Shown here piece after piece: positions 29,101 through 36,900 of a DNA stretch of 55,329 nt (the stretch's first letter is position 1; each line of letters begins with the position of its first letter). The notes below the pieces were generated by a model that saw only the letters and a program-made list of their open reading frames with translations, was not told the origin of the DNA and did not search any database. Made by a program: the position numbers and the translations under genes. The DNA is from a virus (Duplodnaviria; Caudoviricetes): IMG/VR virus record IMGVR_UViG_3300021091_000091, positions 1-55,329 of that record; one strand, 5' to 3'.

Positions 29101-29249
29101 ATATCACCTGCTAAATAAATCATTGAATCTTCCGTACCTCTTTGGCGTATTTCATTAAACATCTTTTCAAATACACCTCTAAATTCTTTGTGCCTCTTTA
29201 CATTACGAATATGTATATCCGCTATATGATAAATTCTTTTTAAACTCAT
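26097..29249 (-). CDS. Fused Mre11/SbcD-like nuclease and Rad50/SbcC-like ATPase (T4 gp47-gp46 equivalent)
   Basis: Phosphoesterase motifs HIADIH, LAGD, GNHD and LGDIH; Walker A APNAAGKSS; zinc hook CQFC; signature CSGME; Walker B VIDEGFGTLD; H-loop ISH. Confidence 0.93.
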   Translation of the reverse strand: MSLKRIYHIADIHIRNVKRHKEFRGVFEKMFNEIRQRGTEDSMIYLAGDIAHAKLEMSPELVKEISWLFTECSKHCKTILIAGNHDCNMNNSDRLDVLTPIVDALDLPNFHYLKDTQIFWEDGVAFSVFSIFDNKDNWPKADDWIMMPARKKIALFHGPVDHSQTDVGYVVSSRHFTTDMFDGYDLALLGDIHKRQELISPKGCKCVYAGSLVQQNFGETLDKHGFLVWDLETLTYEEVDIQNDYGYYTMDIIGGVVPDVTDLPLYPRLRVRFSDTDAVDTKKAITEIKLKYGVEDFTTIKTDSLAKKKTGDRDNQIQLEDITDITYQNSLITDYIQRMMPFVTDEEIEGIQSLNKEINGRIELDELIRNVKWKPVRFEFSNMFSYGEDNVIHFDKVNGLMGLFAPNAAGKSSLFDAISFCLFDKCSRAYKASHIMNNRKDDFHCQLDFEVEGVQYFIRREARTINKGKNVKVDVEFWRVVDGVTESLNGTERRDTNQVIEGYVGRYEDFVMTALSLQGNNTLFIDKSQSERKDLLAQFMGLDIFDKLYEAASNEIKEVAVLIRNFKRTDFTTELATKETDLKETKKELSDLESQSKVLNKQKEEIQNGISDLKESLTPIDTKLDIQGLGVAKSTIQLKIQNNKSDREDKKSKINEYGELLGQVSQSINEHAIVNGMDINDAKKEWDLAKGKLADVQQQIDKLESQYESNLEKLKHLEQHEYDPNCQFCMNNVFVKDAIATKEIVKTQELQLETLNISHQMLIKGTEPYSEVDDVWAKLVELRNKYHKGIVVREKAEAELGTLETQKELLQNQLDTTESDIAKYYEWEATIQRNTQINEQIKILESDKKDVDKKITELNKKITASTMKIGSLISFIDSTKNQMKEVKELESKSFLYTYYLDAVKKDGVPYELISKIMPVIENEVNNILAQVVDFSLSMDTDGKNINAKIVYEDQEWTLEMCSGMEKFISGLAIRVALINICGLPRPNFLVIDEGFGTLDADNLSSLFMMMQYLKTQFDFIWMISHLEQMRDIVDGLIEIKKENGFSKINF

Positions 29250-30181
29250 ATATTATTTAGTTTCGCCATCATCAAATCTTCCCACGAAGTTTCTTTGGCA
29301 TCTTTTAGTATTTCATTTACTTTTTGAAAACCCATTTCACCAGCATCTTTATCGGTTGGAATAATATTACGAACTCGGATACCATTCTTCATAAACCAAT
29401 CAGTATGTTTTGTAGAATCTTCAACAGCATCAGAATCTAATATAATAGTTACATCCTTTACACCTTTTTCTAATATTTTGTTTTTCAGATTACTAAGTAG
29501 AAATTTTCCCAATAGCGGAATTACATTTCTTTTTACCGAAAAAGAATCAAATACACCTTCCACTAAAACAATTGGTTCATTCCAATTTATCATATTATCA
29601 AATACGATTACATCTCTACTAATTGGTGGATTCTTATACTTCATTTTTTCATCTTCATAGAACGAGCGAGCTATGAAATAATTAAGGTCACCTTCTTCAT
29701 TATAAGATGGTATGATAATCCTACCACTATATAATCCATCTTCACAATAACCAATATTGTATTTAACAATATCGGCTTGAGTAATACCCCTTTTATTTAA
29801 ATAGTGAATGGCTTGGTTATAGATTGGGTTTATACCTTTTTTCTTAAAGTATAATTGTTTAAATTCAGTTGGTAATTGTAATTTAGCTACAAATTCCTCT
29901 TTTGCATTATATTCAGGTTCATCACCATATATATCCTTTACAATCGTTATATCTCTTAGGTCTACATTGAGTTTACGAAGTAATGAACCAATACTTCTAC
30001 CCTTAGAATCACATACCCAACAATGCCACCTTTGGGTCTCTATGTTTATTTGTAGTTTCTTTTTGTGATGATTACAAAATGGACAATAATGAGCTTGTTC
30101 ATTCCCCTTCAGAGATGAACCGACTCCTAATGCCGAGTCTAATATAGTGATTATTTTTAGCTTATTTCTAGCCGATAACAT
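29246..30181 (-). CDS. DNA primase (zinc-binding domain plus TOPRIM)
   Basis: CPFCNH...WHCWVC, YLNKRGI, RIIIP, ARSF, KYKNP, LVEGVFD, LDSDA and DKDAGEM. Confidence 0.9.
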   Translation of the reverse strand: MLSARNKLKIITILDSALGVGSSLKGNEQAHYCPFCNHHKKKLQINIETQRWHCWVCDSKGRSIGSLLRKLNVDLRDITIVKDIYGDEPEYNAKEEFVAKLQLPTEFKQLYFKKKGINPIYNQAIHYLNKRGITQADIVKYNIGYCEDGLYSGRIIIPSYNEEGDLNYFIARSFYEDEKMKYKNPPISRDVIVFDNMINWNEPIVLVEGVFDSFSVKRNVIPLLGKFLLSNLKNKILEKGVKDVTIILDSDAVEDSTKHTDWFMKNGIRVRNIIPTDKDAGEMGFQKVNEILKDAKETSWEDLMMAKLNNI

Positions 30182-30209
30182 AATTTAGGTTATATCCACA
30201 AAAACTAAG

Positions 30210-30241
30210 TAAATATACAACTATTTTTTGAATAAACCAAA
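30210..30241 (-). promoter_or_regulatory. Bacteroidota-type promoter variant upstream of primase
   Basis: Minus strand reads TTTG (30241-30238), 20 nt, TATATTTA (30217-30210). Confidence 0.5.
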
Positions 30242-30246
30242 TATAT

Positions 30247-30450
30247 TTATCCGCCGTATGAATTTTTAACATCCAATAAAAAATCAGATAAAAATTGTAA
30301 TTTATTTGCTACTTCTTCTCTAGGTTGATTCGCAAGAACAAATTGTTTAAGGTCTAATAATGATGCAGCTGCGATAGAGTGTGCATCATCTTTTGAATTT
30401 AAATATGCATCTGAAATGCCATATTTTTTACAAATTTCTGTAAGTGTCAT
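30247..30450 (-). CDS. Hypothetical protein
   Basis: 67-aa ORF in the operon. Confidence 0.5.
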   Translation of the reverse strand: MTLTEICKKYGISDAYLNSKDDAHSIAAASLLDLKQFVLANQPREEVANKLQFLSDFLLDVKNSYGG

Positions 30451-30462
30451 AACGTGTATTTA

Positions 30463-30870
30463 TTAATATATATCCTTTCGAAAGAATTTTCCTAAAATAT
30501 TTTCATTTAATGAATTTGGATTAGACAAAACTTCCATTTTAAATTGCCACCAAACTTCCCAATATGTGAGTGATTTTTTTGAAAAACAAAACTGAATAAT
30601 TTCTCTCTCAAAATCTCCAACCCTACCTGCCTTTATTTCTTCTTTAATCCATTCATTTGATGAATAATATGTTTCCCAATCAGATGCTTTACGAACTACT
30701 CTTTTACGAACCTTTCCTTTTAGGGGTTTTAGCCGGCGGACTTGCTTTAATGATTTTTTACCTATGTACGTCTTACCAGTAGGAATATGTGTAATCTTAT
30801 AAACAAAACCAATAGCACCATCGGGTGTATTTTCTTCCGTAACAATATTTCCCTTAAATTTCCAACTCAT
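30463..30870 (-). CDS. Small GIY-YIG-like endonuclease (T4 EndoII/DenA-like size)
   Basis: GFVYKITHIPTGKTYIGKK...WETYYSS...FEREII...YWE...LNENI. Confidence 0.75.
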   Translation of the reverse strand: MSWKFKGNIVTEENTPDGAIGFVYKITHIPTGKTYIGKKSLKQVRRLKPLKGKVRKRVVRKASDWETYYSSNEWIKEEIKAGRVGDFEREIIQFCFSKKSLTYWEVWWQFKMEVLSNPNSLNENILGKFFRKDIY

Positions 30871-30871
30871 A

Positions 30872-31084
30872 TTATCTTAGCGATGGATTGGATGAGTATT
30901 TTTTAGTTTTTAATACCCCACCTCTAGCTTTAAACAATCTTTTTTCATCTTTGATTAAATCCTTTGAAGGTTTCATCTCACCTCTGGGGTTATCAATACC
31001 GATTGGTGTTGTATCTACACCTTTTACATTAGCTGCTCCAGTTTTTGGAGGAGTTTTTGCGTACATATCTCTGATTGTTGGCAT
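30872..31084 (-). CDS. Hypothetical small basic protein
   Basis: 70-aa ORF preceded by the late motif at 31106-31113. Confidence 0.5.
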   Translation of the reverse strand: MPTIRDMYAKTPPKTGAANVKGVDTTPIGIDNPRGEMKPSKDLIKDEKRLFKARGGVLKTKKYSSNPSLR

Positions 31085-31105
31085 TTTTTATAATTTTATC
31101 TCTAT

Positions 31106-31113
31106 ATAAATAT
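31106..31113 (-). promoter_or_regulatory. Putative phage late promoter motif ATATTTAT
   Basis: 22 nt upstream of the ATG at 31084. Confidence 0.55.
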
Positions 31114-31117
31114 AACC

Positions 31118-31981
31118 TTATGTGTCTAAACGAATAATAAAATTTACAGGATAATCGGGTAAAGATTTTATTGGTTGTGGTAATTTTGCCACCGCAACCA
31201 TATTAAGTTCGTTATCGTATAAACCTATTGTTGTTATATATGGAGCTAGGTATGAACCAGTCAAATCTACTGAGGAACTGTAATCGTATTCACCAAACCC
31301 CCCTACTTTTGAAGAATCTATTGATGATGTAATTGAATACAATTTTATTTTACCATACGTTTTATCACTATTCCAATCAATAGCTGTTGGGTTTTGTGAA
31401 ACATTAAATTCATTTTCTAAAACAGAAATAAATATTTCATTTTCATATATAGTTTTTGTTGAACGATAAGCTAAAGAAAAAGAACCACTAAATGTTGAAC
31501 CGCTTACTATATCACGTGTAAAAACAACCAAACCTCTATCATAAAATATGTTACCGGCAATATTACTTCCCGAATCTTGTATATTTGAAAATAAATCATC
31601 AGTATATGTCTTAGATGTTACACCATCAGTAAAAATAAAACTTCCCGGTTTAATTCCTTCGCCATAATATGATTGTGGAATAGAAAAAACAACTAACTGA
31701 TTGTTTAATACTCTTTCATTTTTTGAAGTATATGAAATTCTTTTACCAACTTCAGTTAGTATCGAACCTGTTGATGGGTTTGTATAGAATTGTGCTTTTA
31801 TTGAATGATAAAAGGGTATTTTTGCTATACCATAAGATTTTTCTTCTATCTCCTCATCATAATTACCCAAACTTCCACTTTTTCCAAAAATAGGATTTAT
31901 ATCATTTTCATCCAAAACCCATTCTTTATAAACTTTAAAAGGTCTAATTACTACATCCGATTTTGGTATTTCTTTTAACAT
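31118..31981 (-). CDS. Virion structural (baseplate/collar-type) protein
   Basis: C-terminal EFNVSQNPT...PYITTIGLYDNELNMVAVAKLPQPIK is shared with 32061..33272. Confidence 0.6.
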   Translation of the reverse strand: MLKEIPKSDVVIRPFKVYKEWVLDENDINPIFGKSGSLGNYDEEIEEKSYGIAKIPFYHSIKAQFYTNPSTGSILTEVGKRISYTSKNERVLNNQLVVFSIPQSYYGEGIKPGSFIFTDGVTSKTYTDDLFSNIQDSGSNIAGNIFYDRGLVVFTRDIVSGSTFSGSFSLAYRSTKTIYENEIFISVLENEFNVSQNPTAIDWNSDKTYGKIKLYSITSSIDSSKVGGFGEYDYSSSVDLTGSYLAPYITTIGLYDNELNMVAVAKLPQPIKSLPDYPVNFIIRLDT

Positions 31982-31996
31982 TTATTTTTATTTTAT

Positions 31997-32004
31997 ATAA
32001 ATAT
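31997..32004 (-). promoter_or_regulatory. Putative phage late promoter motif ATATTTAT
   Basis: 16 nt upstream of the ATG at 31981, immediately after a terminator. Confidence 0.6.
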
Positions 32005-32014
32005 TTCTCAAACG

Positions 32015-32039
32015 AAAAACCCCCTTTCGGGGGTTTTTT
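32015..32039 (-). terminator. Rho-independent terminator (potentially bidirectional)
   Basis: Minus strand reads AAAAAA-CCCCC-GAAA-GGGGG-TTTTT, downstream of 32061..33272. Confidence 0.9.
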
Positions 32040-32060
32040 CAAATTAAATTTTTATTTGTA

Positions 32061-33272
32061 TTAAAATGAAAGTTTAACTTTTATAAGGACTTCTTTATCA
32101 AATGATTTGACGATTGGTTGTGAGGTTTTAGCTACAGCAATCATTTCATTAGAATCATTGTAAAGACCTATTGTTGTAATAAATGTTTGTGGGTCAGTAT
32201 TAAAAGTGCTTTCTGCAAAAGTACCATCAGTATTAATTGCGGTTGGGTTATTAGAATAATTAAATTCTCTATTTGTTGCTCTTACAAAGAAATGTTGAGT
32301 TGATACATCTTCAGTTCTTCTTGCTTCAAAATCACCACCTTTCTGAATTGCAAAATGTAATAATTTATGATTAACAGCTTCATGAGTTGTTAATACTCCA
32401 CCTACTAAACTTCCAGTATTAGTCTGTCCAACGCCTCCTACATTTCCTACAATAGTTCCAACTGCTGATGGATTTAAAACTACTATACCTTTATCAGGAT
32501 AAAATAATCCATATCCAAGACCATTCGATGATGTTGTTGATACTATTGTTGCCTCATTTTGAGTTCCTAAGTTTAGAGAACCGGATACTACTTTAAATAC
32601 CCTACCAGCTTTACCCAATGTATCACCGAATTTCTTACCACTATCATCTATAAATGTAAATAAACCATTTGAACCAGAAAGTTTTAATGACCAGTTTCCA
32701 GCATCCATTTCCTCTCTAAATCTTGCTCTAGCTATATTGATAATATAAATATTATTTGATTCAGTTGCTACTCCGCTTCCATTTTCAAATTTGAATTTAG
32801 CAGTAGGGTCATCCAATAACATTGTACGGTATTGAGCGTAAGTTGCTTTAGTTGCTAATAATGAATTATCATCAGTTGCTAAACTTACTGAGCCACTTCC
32901 ATCAACGTGTCCATAAGCTACTGCATACTGAACTTCTGCCGAAGAATAAGTTGTTGGGTTTTCGTTATAAATATTATAGTAGTATTGTCCGCTTGTTGCG
33001 CTTACTTGGGTTGATGAGGTAAAAAATGAAGTTAAAGAACCAGAATCATTTGACCATAATCCAGTTGTTACAACTTCTACTTTTGCATTTACCTTATCAA
33101 AATCTCCAAATCTTTTGTATATTCCGTTTGTAACACCCGAACCAACTGCAATTTGTTGTCCTGCTGGTAAAACAGAGTTTAACAAAGATACAATTGCGTT
33201 TGTATCAATTGTTCCCTGATTTGCTAATGCTGCTAATTGGGCGGTTACATTAGGGTCATTTATTAGTGCCAT
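32061..33272 (-). CDS. Virion structural (baseplate/collar-type) protein, paralog of 31118..31981
   Basis: EFNYSNNPT...TFITTIGLYNDSNEMIAVAKTSQPIVK; also shares G.IFY.DKGIVV. Confidence 0.6.
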   Translation of the reverse strand: MALINDPNVTAQLAALANQGTIDTNAIVSLLNSVLPAGQQIAVGSGVTNGIYKRFGDFDKVNAKVEVVTTGLWSNDSGSLTSFFTSSTQVSATSGQYYYNIYNENPTTYSSAEVQYAVAYGHVDGSGSVSLATDDNSLLATKATYAQYRTMLLDDPTAKFKFENGSGVATESNNIYIINIARARFREEMDAGNWSLKLSGSNGLFTFIDDSGKKFGDTLGKAGRVFKVVSGSLNLGTQNEATIVSTTSSNGLGYGLFYPDKGIVVLNPSAVGTIVGNVGGVGQTNTGSLVGGVLTTHEAVNHKLLHFAIQKGGDFEARRTEDVSTQHFFVRATNREFNYSNNPTAINTDGTFAESTFNTDPQTFITTIGLYNDSNEMIAVAKTSQPIVKSFDKEVLIKVKLSF

Positions 33273-33286
33273 ATTCTATTTTAATT

Positions 33287-33910
33287 TTAAGATTGATAAG
33301 TTACTGTTACAGGTATAGTTTGAGAACCGCCTGTTTCATTTCCAAAAACAGTAATTGTTGTTGATACATCAAATGTCAATGATGGGTTTGGAGTGAATCT
33401 AAATTCTAGTCCAGTTACAACTTGTGCAGTTGTTGAAACTTCTTCTCCTAAGAAAACAGGAACAGTACCTGTTGCTGTTGCTCCTTTTGTTACAGTTAAT
33501 GTACCAGCTGTTTGGTCAGCTAATACCATTGTATATCCAGCTGATTGGTTACTCGGCGGATTTGTTGTTGGTGATAGTCCTACACCACCTTCTAATTGGG
33601 TGACACCAATTGAAGGTACACCTAATTTAACTAAAGGAATTTGAACAGTTCCTTTTGGTAGAGTTACTAATTTATATCTTAAAACCTGAGTTTCATCAGG
33701 AGTTGCTTCTGTAATAGGAATTGCTCTAATTGCAGAATCATAATAAGCTGACCCCTTTGGGTGTGCCGGTTCATATAATGTATAATCAATTTCATCATCA
33801 CCCAAAGCGAATTTGGTGATGTTTAATGATTGACCAGATGCTAACTTTTGTCTACCTTTTTTAGTTAAGATAGCATCTACGGTAATTTCGGTATTATCTA
33901 AATATGCCAT
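33287..33910 (-). CDS. Virion structural protein (tail-collar/baseplate-like N-terminus)
   Basis: DAILTKKGRQKLASG..LNITKFALGDDEIDY resembles the N-terminus of tail-collar fibre proteins; Ig-like C-terminus. Confidence 0.55.
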   Translation of the reverse strand: MAYLDNTEITVDAILTKKGRQKLASGQSLNITKFALGDDEIDYTLYEPAHPKGSAYYDSAIRAIPITEATPDETQVLRYKLVTLPKGTVQIPLVKLGVPSIGVTQLEGGVGLSPTTNPPSNQSAGYTMVLADQTAGTLTVTKGATATGTVPVFLGEEVSTTAQVVTGLEFRFTPNPSLTFDVSTTITVFGNETGGSQTIPVTVTYQS

Positions 33911-33941
33911 TTGATATTGTTTTTAATGCTTTATTTCTAAA

Positions 33942-33949
33942 ATAAATAT
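33942..33949 (-). promoter_or_regulatory. Putative phage late promoter motif ATATTTAT
   Basis: 32 nt upstream of the ATG at 33910. Confidence 0.55.
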
Positions 33950-33970
33950 AACCAATTATTATTTTCAATT

Positions 33971-36900
33971 TTAATCAACTTCAAGTATTGGTTCACCACT
34001 ACCTCTACCGGTCTTAGCCACTCTAAGTATGTTAGGATTGGTTGTAAATGTTTCTACTGGAGATAACCCATCAGGTGTTGTTGCTGTGGTTTGTTGAGAA
34101 CCCTTCCAAAAAGAACGTATCATACCTTCACCTAAATTATTAACATATCGGTAATGACTTGGTAAATAACCATTTAAAGGTGTGACTGAAACTATTTCAT
34201 TACCCACAACTAAACTTCCACTAAATGGAATTAAAGAAACTCTGAATTTATTGTATGGAACTAAAACATCTTCGTATTTTACTTGCGAGCCCGATACTGC
34301 TCCATTTGTAGGGTATCCAGAAACTTGTGTTGATACTTTTCGGTTTTTTTGTTCCTTCACTAAATAAATATTTTGTCTACTTTGAGTATAATTTCCAAGA
34401 AAATCATACTTTTTAAAAATACCAACTCCACCTATTGCAAAAAGACCATAACCTAAGTTTGATATAGAATCTTTTTCCATTCCGATAATTTCTATATTAA
34501 ATACATCTGCTTCTCCACTTAATGTAGCACCATTTGGTACTGTGATTTCAGCATTATAAAAAGGAGCGATAGCTTCTAAAATAGTATTATCATCTAAATT
34601 TATTTCAGTAGTATAAGTAAGATACGATGAATCTAATTGTGTTTCAGAATCAAGGTTTATTGTTGTTTCATAATTATTTATATCACCCACTAATGTTGTA
34701 GAATTATTTAAATCTAATTCACTATTATAAACATCGTATGTTAAATTAATACTTATATCGTTAAATGTATTAATAGATGTTTCAAAATCATTTCTTAACG
34801 AAACTGGTTTATCCCAGCGTGTTTTACTTCTTTCTAAATAGTGTGGTTCTATTAACAAACCTTTTGAAACCTTAGCTCTTGCTGGGGCTAAATCAATCAA
34901 AACATCAAATAAAGATTTATTAATATATTTTACTAATTGAATATATTCATTAATGTTTCTATCTAACCTCTGAAAATAATATTCACGCAATTCATCTAAT
35001 TCTCTATAAGTTTCTTTATATTCATCAGATGGGTCACCAATATAGTTATCAATATTAAATTCTCCAAAAGATTTTATAATATCCATATTTAATTCTTTTA
35101 TTGGAGAGAAAAATAATCCTAAACGAGATGAATCTATTGGGGCTCTATCAAACGATTTTTTTGTTGCTCTGATTCTATGTGAAAGATTTGAAATTAAAGT
35201 TTGTTCTTCAAAACGAATTTTATTTGAAACGTTAAATCCTAAAGATGGTACAGTTGCCGTAACCGTCCTTTCGTATGGTGTATATTGAAAAGGATATGTT
35301 GATGCAGAATACATATTACTTGCCGAAGCATATAATTCACCATAACTTTGATTTATTGCTACATTTTTAATAAATGGGTCTGCTGTTCTATCTTTTGGAT
35401 ATTCAAAATCTAAACGGAATAATAAATCAGTTGTAGAAGCAGTATATGAATTACCAGCTATTGAATCAGGCTGAAGTACATGATTATTAAATTTACTTCT
35501 TTGTAATGGAACTCTCCATAAACGGAATTCATCAATATTACCTTTAAATCCATTACCACCAATTTGTATAAATGAACCACTAGTCCATTGTGTATCTTCT
35601 GTAAAAATAGACATACTAACTGATGTGATAATTCTATCTCCATTAGATGTTCCTAACCAAACTTCAAATAATGAACCATTTCCAGCGTAATCATTTCTAT
35701 TAATACAAATAGTAGAATAATATTCTGTAGATATTGGAAAATCTAAACTTCCGGTTACCAAATCAGGACCAAATACATATTCAACAGACGAAGTTATATA
35801 TGGATAATAAACACCGCTTGATTCAAAATAAGATACCAAAGATGCATCTCCACCAAAATTTAATTCTAATTTTCCAAATGAACCCGTTGTTTGTATCAAG
35901 TCTAAAGTCCATTGACTTGCCGATAGTAATGTATATTGAGTATTTGGTAAAGTATTTGGTTTAAAATTAAACTCAATGACTGCTGGTTTGTTTCCATCAA
36001 CTTCTTTCCATGGAATTATTAAGCTTGAACTTTCTTGTAAATAAATAGCTGCAGTCCTATCTTCAAAAGTAAATTTTTGAGAACCACCATTTGTTGGGTC
36101 AGTAGGTCCTCCGAATTCCATTATTGTTAAAAGAGATTGTGGTACACCATAACATGCCATAATAGCTTTCATAGCTCGTGCTGTACCTTTGTGTTTTAAC
36201 AAATATGGTAAATTATTTATAATTCTTCTCCAAACTTGATTATTAGCTTCTTCTAATGATATTGAGTATTTTTGTAATCCTTCTTTATACTGTCCAAATG
36301 CATATTCCCACAAATATTGAGAATCAAATGCTCTCTTACCATCCCAACCAAATGATTTTAATAAATGCCATACCAAATCATCAGGTATACCCATATCAAC
36401 TTTTTCCTCTATAACTTTTACTCTATTTAATGCATTAATATAACTCCAAATAATATCAAAGTGCTGTCCTATCATATCTAAGAACAATAAAAATTGGTCG
36501 TTATTATAATCTGAATAAATAAATTCAGGTATATTGTTTTTTAAAAGATTATTATTGTACTTATCATAATTTATAGCTGATTGCACCAAAGCTTCGTACC
36601 ATGCTATAACATTTGTATTTGTAGTTGGACTAAGTATATACGATGGTACACTTGTTATTGGATTTACAAATATTTGTTTAGGATATGCTAATGAATCAGT
36701 TGAACTATATAAATAATATTCAAATCCATCTAAATTTCTAATTGCTGCATTTAAATCTGCTAATATTTTTTTTGCCTCATTAGCTTGACTGGGACTTGTA
36801 AATTGCTGAACTTCCCAAAGGATATCATACAATCCATCTTCCGTTAATATTTGAGCACCATCTAAAGTTAATACTACTTCATGTGTAGAAGCAGCTTCAG

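Noticed and set aside
30463-30870. Homing endonuclease or intron-associated mobile element
   Set aside because: It is only 135 aa with no DNA-binding extension and does not interrupt a gene; more like a stand-alone phage nuclease.
31118-31981. MLKE start as another capsid leader
   Set aside because: It lacks the MI(K/R)L..L pattern and the protein belongs to the SGS-rich baseplate-type group; likely coincidental.
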